A stretch of DNA of 64,000 bases from Mustelus asterias (Eukaryota). This document shows, one piece after another, positions 1 to 11,813 of the stretch. Each line of letters opens with the position of its first letter. The stretch's first letter is position 1. The DNA lies in NCBI RefSeq assembly GCF_964213995.1, contig NC_135810.1:105338001-105402000 (forward strand), read 5' to 3'. Under the pieces are notes generated by a model. That model was not told where the DNA came from. It saw nothing but the letters and a program-made list of their open reading frames with translations, and made no database searches. The position numbers and the translations under genes are program-made.

Positions 1-442
1 CCGGAGGTTTCATTCACATTTTAACCAAGCTTCATGAGAAGTAGCCTTAATAAACCCCATCATTCACAATATGTCGACCCATTGCGTCATCCTGAAACTC
101 CAAATACTCACCTCAAAAATTGATAAGACCATGAGCCTTTGTTATTTAGCAAACAGGGTCATGAATCCCTCAGTACTTTTCAGAATGACATTGACTTGTT
201 TTGCTTCTGCTCTCTGGGATTGAAAGGCCACACTCAGTTCTTTTGTATTCATTATTTCAGGGGGTGTGGGTGTTGCAAGCTAGACCAGCATCTGTTGCCC
301 ACCCCCGATTGCCCTCGGGAAGGTGGTGGTGGGCCACCTTCTTGAACCATGGACAGCCCATGTGGAGTAGGCACACCCTTGGTGCTGTTAGGAAGGGAGC
401 TCCAACATTTTGAGCCAGCAACAATGAAGGAACGGTGATATA

Positions 443-1466
443 GGGGGCGATTCTCCCAAAAAGGTTCTAAATGCAGAATTCACGGAAAAACTGATGTAAT
501 TCACGTTTGCTTTGTCAGTGCAGCTTCAGACCTGAATCTCCGCACTCTGTGCAATGCAGAGGTCACAATCGTGAATATCATTAATAGTTCAGGGGGCGGG
601 GCCTATTCACGCTGGAGTCTGACAGTTCTGGGCCTCTGTGCATGCGCAGTGGCCCCAAACAGTCAGCCTCTAGTTTGCTGGACAGCTTGATCGCTGGCCA
701 TCCCGGAGCCCCCACAATGGTGCCCCTCCAACGACCCGATCGAGGCCCCCTGAATATTCCTGGACCAACCACGACCGCCCCCCCCCCAACACAACGGGAG
801 GCAGACACCCCCACCCCACGGAAGGCAAACTCCCTAGGCTGACCACCCCCCAAGGCCGCCCGTCGCTGCCCCCACCCCCGCAGTCCTGACCAATCCCCAT
901 GCAGAGTGGCAGCGGGACCCCCTACCCCCACCGATCGCCCCTAGGCCCTGCCCCCAGCTGGCCCCACCCCATGCCCAGTGGGAAGTGCCAAGGTGCCCCC
1001 TGGGCATGGGGACTTTGCCCCTTGGACAGTGCCAGGGGCACAGGCTGGCATTGCCAGGGTGCCCATGCCCAGGGAGCAGCCCCCCCCACCCCAATCGCCC
1101 GACCTCCTGGGGGGGCCTTGATTGCCACCCCCTTCGCTCCACTGGGGTCTCCTGCAACTTCCCCAAAAGCGGAGAGCTAGTCTGGACCCTACCGGAGTGA
1201 AATTGTACTGGCGAGGTGGGAGATACCAGCGGGCCCGGAGACTTCACCCCCAGGCCCGCTAATCACATCAAAGTAACAGGAAAATCAAATTTAAATCACT
1301 TACCTGCAGTTCCCACTTGTTTCTAACGTGGTCCCGACCGCGCCGGATATCCGGCGCTCGGAGATGCGCACACATCGGGAACGCACGTGCGAATTGGCCC
1401 ACACGCAATTCTCTCAATGCACCGTGCTAAAAAAAATGAGTGTGGCAGGATGGGAGAATCGCCCCC
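443..1466. mobile_element. Non-autonomous TIR DNA transposon (PIF/Harbinger-like), GC-rich, about 1.02 kb
   Basis: Perfect 16-bp TIRs gggggcgattctccca (443-458) and tgggagaatcgccccc (1451-1466), 3-bp TSD ATA. It interrupts a LINE whose sequence resumes across it. No transposase ORF. Confidence 0.8.
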
Positions 1467-1907
1467 ATAGTTCCAAATCAGGATGGTATGCAGCTTGAAG
1501 GGGATGGTGCTCTCATTCATTTGGTGCCCTTCTCCTTCTAGGTAGTGGAGGTCATGGGTTTGGAAGGAGCCTTGGTGAGTTACTGCAATGCGTGTAGATT
1601 GTGTACACAGCCATCACTGTGCACCAGTGGTGAAGAGAGTGAATGTTTAAGGTGATTATTGAGTGGCCAATCAAGTGGACTGCTTTGTCTTGGATGACGA
1701 TGAGCTTCTTGAGTGTTGCTGGAGCCACATTCATCCAGGGAAGTGAAGAGTATTCCATCTCAGTGCTGACTTGGGCCTTGTAGATTGTGGATTGGAGAGT
1801 CAGGTGGTGAGGTATTCACCTTAGAATTCCCAGCCTCTGTAGCCACAGTATGGAAATGGCTAGTCCAGTGTGGTTTTAAGTGATCTATATTTGTATTTTT
1901 AAATATT

Positions 1908-3018
1908 ACAGTTACAACACAGGCATCTACCCAACAACGTGGAAAATTGCCCAGGTATGTCCTGTACACAAAAAGCAGGACAAATCCAACCCAGCCGATT
2001 ATCGTCCAATCAGTCTACTCTCGATCATCAGTAACGTGATGGAAGGGGTCATCAACAGTGCTATCAAGCAGCACCTGCTCAGCAATAGCCTGCTCAGTGA
2101 CGCCCAGTTTGGGTTTCGCCAGGGTCACTCAGCTCCTGACCTCGTTACAGCCTTGGTTCAAACATGGACTAAAGAGCTGAATTCCGGGGGTGAGACGAGA
2201 GTGACAGCCCTTGACATCAAGGCCGCATTCGACTGAGTGTGGCATCAAGGAGCCCTAGCGAAACTGGAATCAATGGGTATTGGGGGAAAACTCTCTGCTG
2301 GTTGGAGTCATACCTGGTACATAGGAAGATGGTTGTGGTGGGTCAGTCATCTCAGCTCCACGATAACTCTGCAGGAGTCCCTCATGGTGGATTCACCACA
2401 TAGACAAAGTGGCTATAAGGGCAGGTCAGAGGCTAGGAATACTGTGGCGAGAAACTCACCTCCTGACTCCCCAGAGCCTGTCCACCATCTACAAGGCACA
2501 AGTCAGGAGTGTGATGGAATACTCCCCACTTGCCTGGATGGGTGCAGCTCCAACAACATTCAAGAAGCTTGACACCATCCAGGACAAAGCAGCCCGCTTG
2601 ATTGGCACCACATCTACAAACATTCAATCCCTCCATCATTGACGCTCAGTAGCAGCAGTGTGTACTATCTACAAGATGCACTGCAGCAATTCACCAAAGA
2701 TCCTTAGACAGCACCTTCCAAACCCACGACCACTTCCATCTAGAAGGACAAGGGCAGCAGATAAATGGGAACACCATCACTTGCAAGATTCCCTCCAAGC
2801 CACTCACCATCCTGACTTGGAAATATATCGCCGTTCCTTCACAGTCACTGGGTCAAAATCCTGGAATCCCCTCCCTAACAGCATTTGGGTCAACCCACAG
2901 AACATGGACTGCAGCGATTCAAGGTGGCAACTAACCACCACCTTCTCAAGGGCAACTAGGGATGGGCAATAAATGCTGGCCAGCTAGTAACACCCATGTC
3001 CCACAAATGAAAAAGAAA
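1908..3018 (+). mobile_element. 5'-truncated, internally deleted LINE of the same family
   Basis: ORF fragments WKIAQVCPVHKKQDKSNPADYRPISLLS, ALDIKAAFD and YKAQVRSVMEY; 3' end gggatgggcaataaatgctggcc followed by an A-rich tail. Confidence 0.85.
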
Positions 3019-3616
3019 ATTAGAAATAAGCTATCGATTTAAGTGGGTTTAATTTAGTGTTTCTGTGTAAGGGTAAACTTCTAGTTAGACTCATGTTAGA
3101 CAAAAGGTTTTTGCGTGCATGGGGGTTTTAGTTTCAGTTCAAACTGTATTTCTATTAGAATTTAGAATTTTTACGGTGCAGAAGGAGGCCATTCAGCCCA
3201 TTGAGCCTGCATCAACCACAATTCCACCCAGGCCCTATCCCTGTAACCCCACATATTTACCCCTCTAATTCCCTGACACCAGGGTCAATTTAGCATGGCC
3301 AATCAACCTAACCTACACATCTTTGGACTGTGGGAGGAAACAGGAGCACCCGGAAGAAATCCACGCAGACACGGGGAGAATGTGCAAACTCCACACAGAC
3401 AGTGACCCAAACCAGGAATCGAACCCAGGTCCCTGGCGCTGTGAGGCAGCAGCGCTAACCACTGTGCCGCCCCACTATTGTGCTGAGAGTGTTTATGGCG
3501 TGAAAAGTAAATAAAAGCTTGGAGGAGCAATGAGTGGTTGCTTAGCAACCGGGGCAACTTTAGGGTAGGAAGGCTTTTTGAGATTGATTTTGGTTGAATT
3601 CATAGTAGTAGAGGCA

Positions 3617-4737
3617 TAGTAGAGGCAAGGTACTAACATGGATTGACGATTGGCTGTCAGACAGAAGGCAGAGAGTTGGGATAAAAGGTTCTTTCTCAGA
3701 ATGGCAACCGGTGACAAGTGGTGTCCCGCAGGGTTCAGTGTTGGGGCCACAGCTGTTCTCTTTATATATTAACGATCTAGATGACGGGACTGGGAGCATT
3801 CTGGCCAAGTTTGCCGATGATACAAAGATAGGTGGAGGGGCAGGTAGTATTGAGGAGGTGGGGAGGCTGCAGAAAGATTTAGACAGTTTAGGAGAGTGGT
3901 CCAAGAAGTGGCTGATGAAATTCAACGTGGGCAAGTGCGAGGTCGTACACTTTGGAAAAAAGAATAGGGGCATGGACTATTTTCTAAACGGTGACAAAAT
4001 TCATAATGCTAAAGTGCAAAGGGACTTGGGAGTCCTAGTCCAGGATTCTCTAAAGGTAAACTTGCAGGTTGAGTCCGTAATTAAGAAAGCAAATGTAATG
4101 TTGTCATTTATCTCAAGAGGCTTGGAATACAAAAGCAGGGATGTACTTCTGAGGCTTTATAAAGCACTGGTTAGGCCCCATTTGGAGTACTGTGAGCAAT
4201 TTTGGGCCCCACACCTCAGGAAGGACATACTGGCACTGGAGCGGGTCCAGCGGAGATTCACACGGATGATCCCAGGAATGGTAGGCCTGACATACGATGA
4301 ACGTCTGAAGATCGTGGGATTATATTCATTGGAGTTTAGGAGGTTGAGGGGAGATCTGATAGAAACTTACAAGATAATGAACGGCTTAGATAGGATGGAC
4401 GTAGGGAAGTTGTTTCCATTAACAGGGGAGACTAGGACGCGGGGGCACAGCCTTAGAATAAAAGGGAGTCACTTTAGAACAGAGATGAGGAGAAATTTCT
4501 TCAGCCAGAGAGTGGTGGGTCTGTGGAATTCATTGCCACAGAGGGCTGTGGAGGCCGAGACGTTGAGCGTCTTCAAGACAGAAATTGATAAATTCTTGAT
4601 TTCTCGAGGAATTAAGGGCTATGGGGAGAGAGCGGGTAAATGGAGTTGAAATCAACCATGATTGAATGGTGGAGTGGACTCGATGGGCCGAATGGCCTTA
4701 CTTCCGCTCCTATGTCTTATGGTCTTATGGTCTTATA
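3617..4737 (+). mobile_element. Young 5'-truncated CR1 LINE (RT C-terminal half, ORF 3711-4649)
   Basis: [26 protein letters not shown] and FFSQRVV motifs are uninterrupted; the 3' UTR has the CR1 hairpin and a (tatggtct)n tail. Confidence 0.93.
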
Positions 4738-6679
4738 GTTGGTGATCGGAAGCAAGAGGGCAAGCAGCTCTCAGCTTTGCCAGAAGAAAAGCCAAACGAT
4801 GGAGTAATGGTTAAGAAAACCAGTGCCAGAAATCTAAAGAATAGCTAGTTAAGGAAACTAGAGAAAGGAAGAAATGTTTCCAGGAAGACTGAAGTTAAAA
4901 GAACAGAGGAAACTGGAATTAGAACAGATATCCTGTTTATTGAAGCCACAGGCAGAGCTGAGTAGTTGGCTAATGAGAAGCCAGAAAGCTATCTGAAGTG
5001 ATTCTGAGGTTTGTCAGATATTACAGATAGGTGAAATAATTGTGGAGCAATTGGTGGTTGGATCTCAGAGTTTGCCTAAAAGCATTTAAGACAAAGGGAA
5101 ACTGAAAAGAGAGTTGGAAAATCTGGAGGTGGATTCTTGCTAAAACAGCTGAGTGAAAGCCTTGTCTGATAGGATAGTTGGAAAATTTGGAGGTGGATCC
5201 TTGATGAAAACAGCTGAGAGAAAGCATTGGTTTGGAAGAAGATTTTGAAGCATGTCTTTTTGAGTGTGGAATTTGGAAACATTTCTTCGACAATCATTTT
5301 AGGAGAATTTGAGGTGAAATATCGACTGAGTGACATCTGCCATTTTGCTGCAGAGTGGGATATTGTCTAATCATAGTCAGCTTGTGGGTTTAAAGGGACC
5401 GTGTTTAATAAAAATCTTGTGGCAGAAGATATATTTTGTAACCTGCATTATCCTTCAAATCTGTACACCTTTATGAAGATAAGGGGGAGTAAAGGAGTAT
5501 TGTATTATGGTCAAATTTTTCATGCTTAATTTTTTTTTGCTAAAAGCTAATTGACAGTCTGTGACTCTAATGTTCCATATTTTCTGAAAAAAAGATAAAG
5601 TTACAATCTTTTGAGCCAGGGTTCCATTCAGAGATCTTCCAGTCCAGCAGTATCAACTGGAATCATAACCTAACCCCCAAGTTGTTGATAGTGGGGAATT
5701 CAATAATCGTAGTGCCATTGAATGTCAACTTACTCTTTTAGAAGTACCTGAATCTACACAAGTGCTCCAAGCTACAGGACTATAGGCCCAGTGCAGGAAG
5801 GTGGGGTTAGAAGGGTGTACTCAGGCTGGCATGGACAAGATGGGCCAAATGGCCTCCTTCTGTGCTGTAACTTTTCTACGGTTCTATGGATATTCTCTCC
5901 TGTTGGAGATGGTCATTGCCTTGCACTGGTGTGGCCTGTTACTTGCCACTTATCAGCCCAAGCCTGAATGTTGTCCAGTTCTTGCTGCATATGGGCATGG
6001 ACTGTTTCAGTATCTGAGGAGTCACAAATAGTGTTGAACATTGCAAAATCAGCAGCAAAGTTCTGCATTTCTAACTTCATGATCGAGGGAAGGTCACTGA
6101 CGATGCAACTGAAGATGGTTGGACCTAGGACATTACCCTGAGAAACTCCTGCAGTGATGTCCTGGGACTGAGATGACTGGCCTGCAACAACCACACCCAT
6201 CTTCCTTTGTGCTAGGTAGAACTCCAACAAGTGTAGAGTTTTCCCCCTTACTTGCATTGACTTCAGCTTTACTTGGGTTCCTTGATGCCACGCTCAAATG
6301 TTCCCTTGATAGCAAAGGCAGTCACTCTCACATCACTTCTTGAGTTCAGCTCTTTTGTCATTGTTTGGACCAAGGCTGTAATGAGGTCAGGAGTCGGGTG
6401 GCCCTGGCAGAGTCCAAATTGAGTGTCAGTGAGCAGGTTATTGCCAAGTAAGTGCTGCTTGACAGTGCTGTTGCGATACCTTTCATGATTTAGCTGACAA
6501 TCTGAGTGTAAACTGATGGGGCAGCAGTTAGTTGGGTTGGATTTGTCTTGCAGTTTGTGGACAGGACATACAGTTTCCACATTGCCAGTATATCAGTGTT
6601 GTAGCTGTACCGGAACAGCTTGGCTAGGGGCACGGCTGGTTCTGGAGAATGTCACGATCTTGGACCAGACCCCTAAAGG

Positions 6680-7485
6680 GAACTGGAGTACAGCTGATGT
6701 GGTAGCATTATTCAAGAAGGGAAGTAGGGATAAACCAGATTATTACAGGCCAGCGAGTCTAACCTCAGTTGGGAAATTATTTGGAAAAAATTCTGAGGGG
6801 CAGAATTAATCTCCACTTGGAGAGGCAAGTATTAATCAGGAATAGTCAGCATGGCTTTTTTCAGGGGGGCGATCATGTTAAACAAATTTGATTGAAGTTT
6901 TTGAGGCGGTGACTAGGTGTGTAGATGAGGGTAGTGCAGTTGATGTAGTCTACATGGACTCAGTAACGCTTTTGGCAAATTCCAGCATAGCAGACTGGTC
7001 AAAAAGGGAAGAGCCAATGGGATCCAGGGCAATTTGGATCCAAAATTTGCTAAACGACAGGAGGCAGAGGGCGATGGTTGAAGGGTGTTTTTGTGACTGG
7101 AAGCTCGTCTCCAGTGGTGTACTGCAGGAATCGGTGCTGGGTTCCTCGCTGTTTGTAGTGTACATTAATGATCTGTGCGTGAAAGTACCTCTTAATAAAG
7201 GAGTAAATAACCAGGGGGCATAGATTTAAGGTAAGGGGCAGGGGATTTGGGGAAATACATTTTCACTCAGAGGATTGTAACTTTATCTTTTTTTCATTGC
7301 CTGAAAGGATGGTAGAGGAATCCTCACAACATTTAAGAAACATTTAGATGAGCACTTAAAATGCGATAGCATACACATCTACACACCAAGTGCTGGAGAA
7401 TGAGATTAGAATAGATAGGTGCTTGATGATCCACACTGACATGGTGGGCCAAATGGCTTTTTTGGGCTGTAAAACTCTATGACTA
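6680..7485 (+). mobile_element. Degenerate CR1 fragment
   Basis: LFKKG.RD.P..YRP.SLTSV and VDEG.AVDVVYMD remnants with frameshifts; CR1-type 3' end. Confidence 0.8.
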
Positions 7486-7719
7486 AGTGGACCTCTATCC
7501 AATAATTATGCTTCTATCAATGGTGTTCGAGGATGTTAGACAATTATTTCAATAGGAACAATGTGCATGGGTCCGGGTTTGGGGGGTGGGAAAGAAGGGC
7601 AGGGAAATGGCACTAAGTCATAATGCTCATTTAGATGTGGCTGGCGCAGGGATAATGGGCCAAATGGCCTCCTTCAACAACCAGAACAATGCTGTGTTCA
7701 CGATAAAACTGGGCAGAGT

Positions 7720-8023
7720 TATGGCAGCACAGTGGTTAGCACTGCTGCCTCACAGTGCCAAGGACCCGGGTTCGAATCCCGGCTCGGGTCACTGTTTGTG
7801 TGGAGTTTGCACATTCTCCCCATGTCTGTGTGGGTTTCCTCCGGGTGCTCCGGTTTCCTCCCACAGTCTGAAAGACGTGCTGCTTAGGTGCATTGGCCGT
7901 GCTAAATTCTCCCTCAGTGTACCCGAACAGGTGCTGGAGTGTGGCAACTAGAGGGATTTTCACAGTAACTTCATTGCAGTGTTAATGTAAGCTTACTTGT
8001 GACACTAATAAATAAACTTTAAA
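7720..8023 (+). mobile_element. Same SINE head/core with an alternative tail (representative copy)
   Basis: Head identical in type to the HE1-like SINE; tail ctccctcagtgtacccgaacagg...cacagtaacttcattgcagtgttaatgtaagc.tacttgtgacactaataaataaacttt. Other copies: 34995-35310(-), 42858-43150(+), 48433-48710(+), 49140-49400(-), 52308-52583(-), 52647-52918(-), 16205-16385(-, tail missing), ~8665-8735(-, tail only). Confidence 0.88.
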
Positions 8024-8039
8024 CTGGGGGCAGTAAGTG

Positions 8040-8400
8040 AGTGAACCGCCCCAGGCCCAGGCCGCTGTGTGGAGGGAGTTACTGGGCCCGATCCGCAGCC
8101 TCGGCCTTTCCTGGTCCTCACTCACCGGCTTTGAGCGGCGGCCGCCGGTTCACGCCGTTCTGCAGCACGGCCGTGGCCCAGCCGATGATGCCCAGCCACA
8201 CGCTGTTCCTATTGACGATCCCCGGCGGCGGCAGCGCCTTGGCCCTGTCCGGCAGGAGCGCCATCTGCCAGCGGTCACCGAGTCCCCGACCCGGACACCA
8301 AACCAAGGGCAAGGAATGTGAACGGAACGTCCGCCCCCTTAACAGCTCCGGGCGGACACCCGCGACCCACCGCAACCGTTCCGGCCCTCACCCCTGCTGA
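8040..8400 (-). promoter_or_regulatory. CpG-island promoter of NDUFC2
   Basis: Local GC/CpG-rich island with GC boxes (ccgccc ~8331, gggcgg ~8350), an ETS-like ttccgg (~8379) and a YY1-like CAGATGGCG overlapping the start codon. Confidence 0.6.
8126..8264 (-). CDS. NDUFC2: NADH:ubiquinone oxidoreductase subunit C2, coding exon 1 (remaining exons not found; presumably left of the window)
   Basis: ATG at 8264 gives MALLPDRAKALPPPGIVNRNSVWLGIIGWATAVLQNGVNRRPPLKA(G), matching the fish NDUFC2 N-terminus. The exon ends at a G|GTGAGT donor and lies in a CpG-rich patch. The gene is next to ALG8, as in the human 11q14 block. Confidence 0.9.
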
Positions 8401-8822
8401 CTGCTCTTAAAACATAAACCCCGACTCAAGTGAGCACAATAACTCCCCCATTTCCAGATGGATGTCCAGTAAAAGGCAGATTGTAACCAGAGTGCTATAA
8501 TTGGCCCCTGGACGTATTTAGATGACTGGAAATCATTCCAGGTGCCTGCTCTTGATCACCATCCAGTGGTCTCTACTTGTCTGTGAAGTGAGGATGAATT
8601 CAGCTGCAGATCCAGCTGACTTCCCAACTTTGAATACCCCACTGTCACAAGGAGAAAAGTTTCAGTTTATTTATTAGTGTCACAAGTAAGCTTACAGTAA
8701 TACTGCAGTGAGGTTACTGTGAACATCCCCTAGTTTGTAAGAGGCATGGGTTTCCAGAACCCAGAAAACTAGACCTAGGACAGGCATAGAGAAAACCATA
8801 GAGTACATTTGGTTCCCAGAAT

Positions 8823-9288
8823 TCCTGGTTGGATCACAGCTTGGTATGGCTCCTGCTCTGCCCAAGATCGCAAGAAACTACAAAGGTCGCGAATGTAGCC
8901 CAATCCATCACCCAAACCAGCCTCCCATCCATTGACTCTGTCTACACTTCCCGCTGCCTCGACAAAGCAGCCAGCATAATTAAGGACCCCACGCACCCCG
9001 GACATTCTCTCTTCCACCTTCTTCTGTCAGAAAAAAGATAAAAAAGTCTGAGGTCACATTCCAATCAACTCAAGAACAGCTTCTTTCCTGCTGCCATCAG
9101 ACTTTTGAATGGACCTACCTCACATTAAGTTGATCTTTCTTGACACCCTAGCTATAACTGTAACACTACATTCTGCACCCTCTCATTTCCTTCTCTATGA
9201 AGGGTATGCTTTGTCCGTATAGCATGCAAGAAACAATACTTTTCACCGTATGCTAATACATGTGACAATGATAAATCAAATCAAATCA
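8823..9288 (+). mobile_element. Rex1/Babar-type LINE 3' fragment
   Basis: AASIIKDPTHPGHSLFHLL motif; tail gtgacaatgataaatcaaatcaaatc; same family as 17427-19345. Confidence 0.85.
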
Positions 9289-10454
9289 GAATGGAATATG
9301 TCTTAATTTTACCTCTTTAACTGGTTTGATTCTTTTTCTGCTCAGAAAGAAGGATACAGTGATTATCTAAAAGGAACTTTCTCAACATTACATTTTCCCC
9401 CCAAGTCTAAAAAGATAATTACCTATTTCACAATTTTATCAATTTTTTTTAAGTAGAGGTGGTTCGAGCACTTAGGCAAAAACAGAAAGCTAGAAAACGA
9501 GAACAAGTCTGAGTTAATCAGATCCATTCTTTCCAACATATCATGCACAGTGTCATTTGCCTTGAGCACTTCCATTATCAAAATCTCCACAGTGCAGAAG
9601 GTGGCCATTTGGTCCATCCAGCCTGCACTGACAACAATCCCACCCAGGCCCTATCTGCACATATTCACCCTTTTGGTCCCTCTGACACTAATGGGTAATT
9701 TATCATGGCCAATCAACCTAACCTGCACATCTTTGGACTGTGGGAGCAAACCGGTCCACCCAGAGGAAACCCATGCAGACACGGGGAGACTGTGCAAACT
9801 CCACACATTTGGTGACCCAAAGCCGAAATTGAACCCAGGTCACTGGCACTATGAGGCAACAGTACTGACCACTCTGCCACCCATAATCTCTCACATAAGC
9901 CAAATAATTGTCATCATAAAGGTTTATGGCAGTGACAATTCAGCATTGCTGGGCAGGAATTCAGGGAGTGCAGAAGCAGAAAAGGACTCCTTTACTGTCG
10001 ATCACAAATAAAGATACTGAGTATTTGATAATTGAAATGTGCTATTTTTGTTTCCCTGCATGCATTCCGCAGAAAAAACAATTGAATATACCTGGGCCTA
10101 CTGCCCCTCCATTTATGCAGGAGCTTATATCGCTGCTTAAGTAATTTAACTGCTGCTTTCCACCATCCTCATTTCTACAGCCCAGTGAGCTCAGTTTCAT
10201 GCAGCTTAGAAAAGTGACAGTGAGGTAAAACAGGCAGCTTAGAAAAGTGGGGTCAAGCAGGCAGGCAACTTTTTTTCCTAAAGGTCTTGGTAATTTAGTT
10301 AACCCCCAAGTAGCAGTATCTACTTCAGTTACAAGACAAATGGATAATCAGAAGTAAAACGTTCCTAGGTCTCTTTTTCTTGGCCTCAAACTATAAGGCT
10401 GCATTTATTGCCTGTCCTTACTTGGCCTGAGGTTTTGGTTGTGGTGGACCTTCT

Positions 10455-10795
10455 GGGCGACACGGTAGCACAGTGGTTAGCACTGCTGCTTCACAGTTCC
10501 AGGGACCTGGGTTCGATTCCCGGCTTGGGTCACTCTCTGTGTGGAGTTTGCACATTCTCCCCGTGTCTGCGTGGGTTTCCTCCGGGTGCTCTGGTTTCCT
10601 CCCACAGTCCAAAGATGTGCGGGTTAGGTTGATTGGCTATGCTAAAATTGCCCCTTAGTGTGCTGAGATGCGAAGGTTAGAGGGATTAGCGGGTAAATGT
10701 GTAGGGATGTGGGGGTGGGTCCTGGGTGGGATTGTGGTCGGTGCAGACTCGATGGGCCGAATGGCCTCTTTCTGTACTGTAGGGTTTCTATGATT
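10455..10795 (+). mobile_element. HE1-like tRNA-derived V-SINE, CR1-tail type (representative copy)
   Basis: A box tagcacagtgg, B box ggttcgattcc, V-core tgtgtggagtttgcacattctcccc, tail gatgggccgaatggcct...ttctatgatt. Other copies: 3160-3472(-), 9585-9880(-), 12810-13128(-), 15070-15388(-), 20348-20672(-), 22755-22915(-, partial), 35829-36138(+), 36865-37212(-), 38935-39250(-), 41545-41846(-), 56058-56392(+), 60181-60352(+, partial). Confidence 0.9.
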
Positions 10796-11309
10796 CTTCC
10801 AGAATCGTTAATAATCCTTGTTATGTAAGTATTCCCACGATGGTGTTTGGTGAAGAATTTCAGGATTTTGACGCAGTGACAATGGAGTAATGGCATTTTG
10901 TGGCCAAGTCAGGATTTCACTTCTCAGGTAACTTTGAGGTTGCAATGATCCTGTGACTCTGCTACCAAGAGGGCCAAGAGCAGCACTGCTATGAGGCTGG
11001 GTGTTGCTGTCAAAGAAAGATCTGCAATTTGCTGCAGTGCACTTAGAGTACAGTACATACAGAAATTACAACACGCCAATCTTAGAAGGAATGATTACTA
11101 AGCTCAGTGACAAGTGCTGATGAACTTTACGCCCGAATGGAGTCGAACTTCTTTAATGTTGTGACTACACCTCTTCAGTCCATTTCCTATTTGTGCCTTT
11201 AAAATGGTCTGGCGAGGGCAGTCGGTGAACCACTAGTCCCATACCCTGTATCGTGGCTGTGATATTTTGTTAGTGCTGTTCTTCCAAAGCAGGACAGTCT
11301 TTGTCTCTT

Positions 11310-11813
11310 TACTTGAGAAAGGATATACTGGCACTGGAGGGGTTGCAGAGGAGATTCACTAGGTTGATTCCGGAGTTGAGAGGGTTGGCTTATGAGGAGA
11401 GACTGAGCAGACTGGATTTATACTCATTGGAATTCAGAAGAATGAGGGGAGATCTTATAGAAACATAAGATTATGAAGGGAATAGATAAGAAAGAAGCAG
11501 GGAGGTTGTTTCCACTGGCAGGTGAAACTAGAACTAGGGGACATGGCCTCAAAATAAGGGGGAGCAGATTTAGGACTGAGTTGAGGAGGAACTTCTTCAC
11601 ACAAAGGGTTGTCAATCTGTGGAATTCCCTGCTCAGTGAAGCAGTTGAGGCTACCTCACTGAATGTTTTTAAGGCAAGGATACATTTTTGAACGGTAAAG
11701 GAATTAAGGGTTATGGTGAGCGGGCAGGTAAGCGGAGCTGAATCCGTGGTCTTAGTGAATGACGGAGTAGGCTTGAGGGGTCAGATGGCCTACTCCTGTT
11801 CCTTGTTCTTATG
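11310..11813 (+). mobile_element. CR1 3' fragment
   Basis: TRTRGHGLKIRG...RRNFFTQRVVNLWNSL. Confidence 0.88.

Larger units (their letters stand above)
255..6650 (-). mobile_element. Old degenerate CR1/L2-group LINE split by nested insertions (pieces ~255-442, 1467-1868, 5670-6650)
   Basis: RT-like translations VCPVHK.QDKSNP, QG..LGPTIFSC and MEYSSLPW...IQDKA are collinear across the interruptions. Confidence 0.65.

Noticed and set aside
100-250. Possible NDUFC2 exon 2 next to a minus-strand GTGAGT at ~106-111
   Set aside because: I could not read the expected HRQ-containing continuation in this sequence; exon 2 is probably outside the window.
581-1520. Cluster of overlapping Pro/Gly-rich ORFs
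   Set aside because: A by-product of high GC content inside the TIR element; no domain motifs or transposase similarity.
3303-3557. Recurrent short ORFs such as AQWLALLPHSARD.GSIPGLGHCLCGVCTFSPCL and MDCGRKPEHPEETHADTGR
   Set aside because: These are translations of the SINE in various frames, not a protein family.
10455-10530. tRNA genes at SINE 5' ends
   Set aside because: A and B boxes are present but run straight into the SINE core in about 20 diverged copies. These are tRNA-derived SINE heads.
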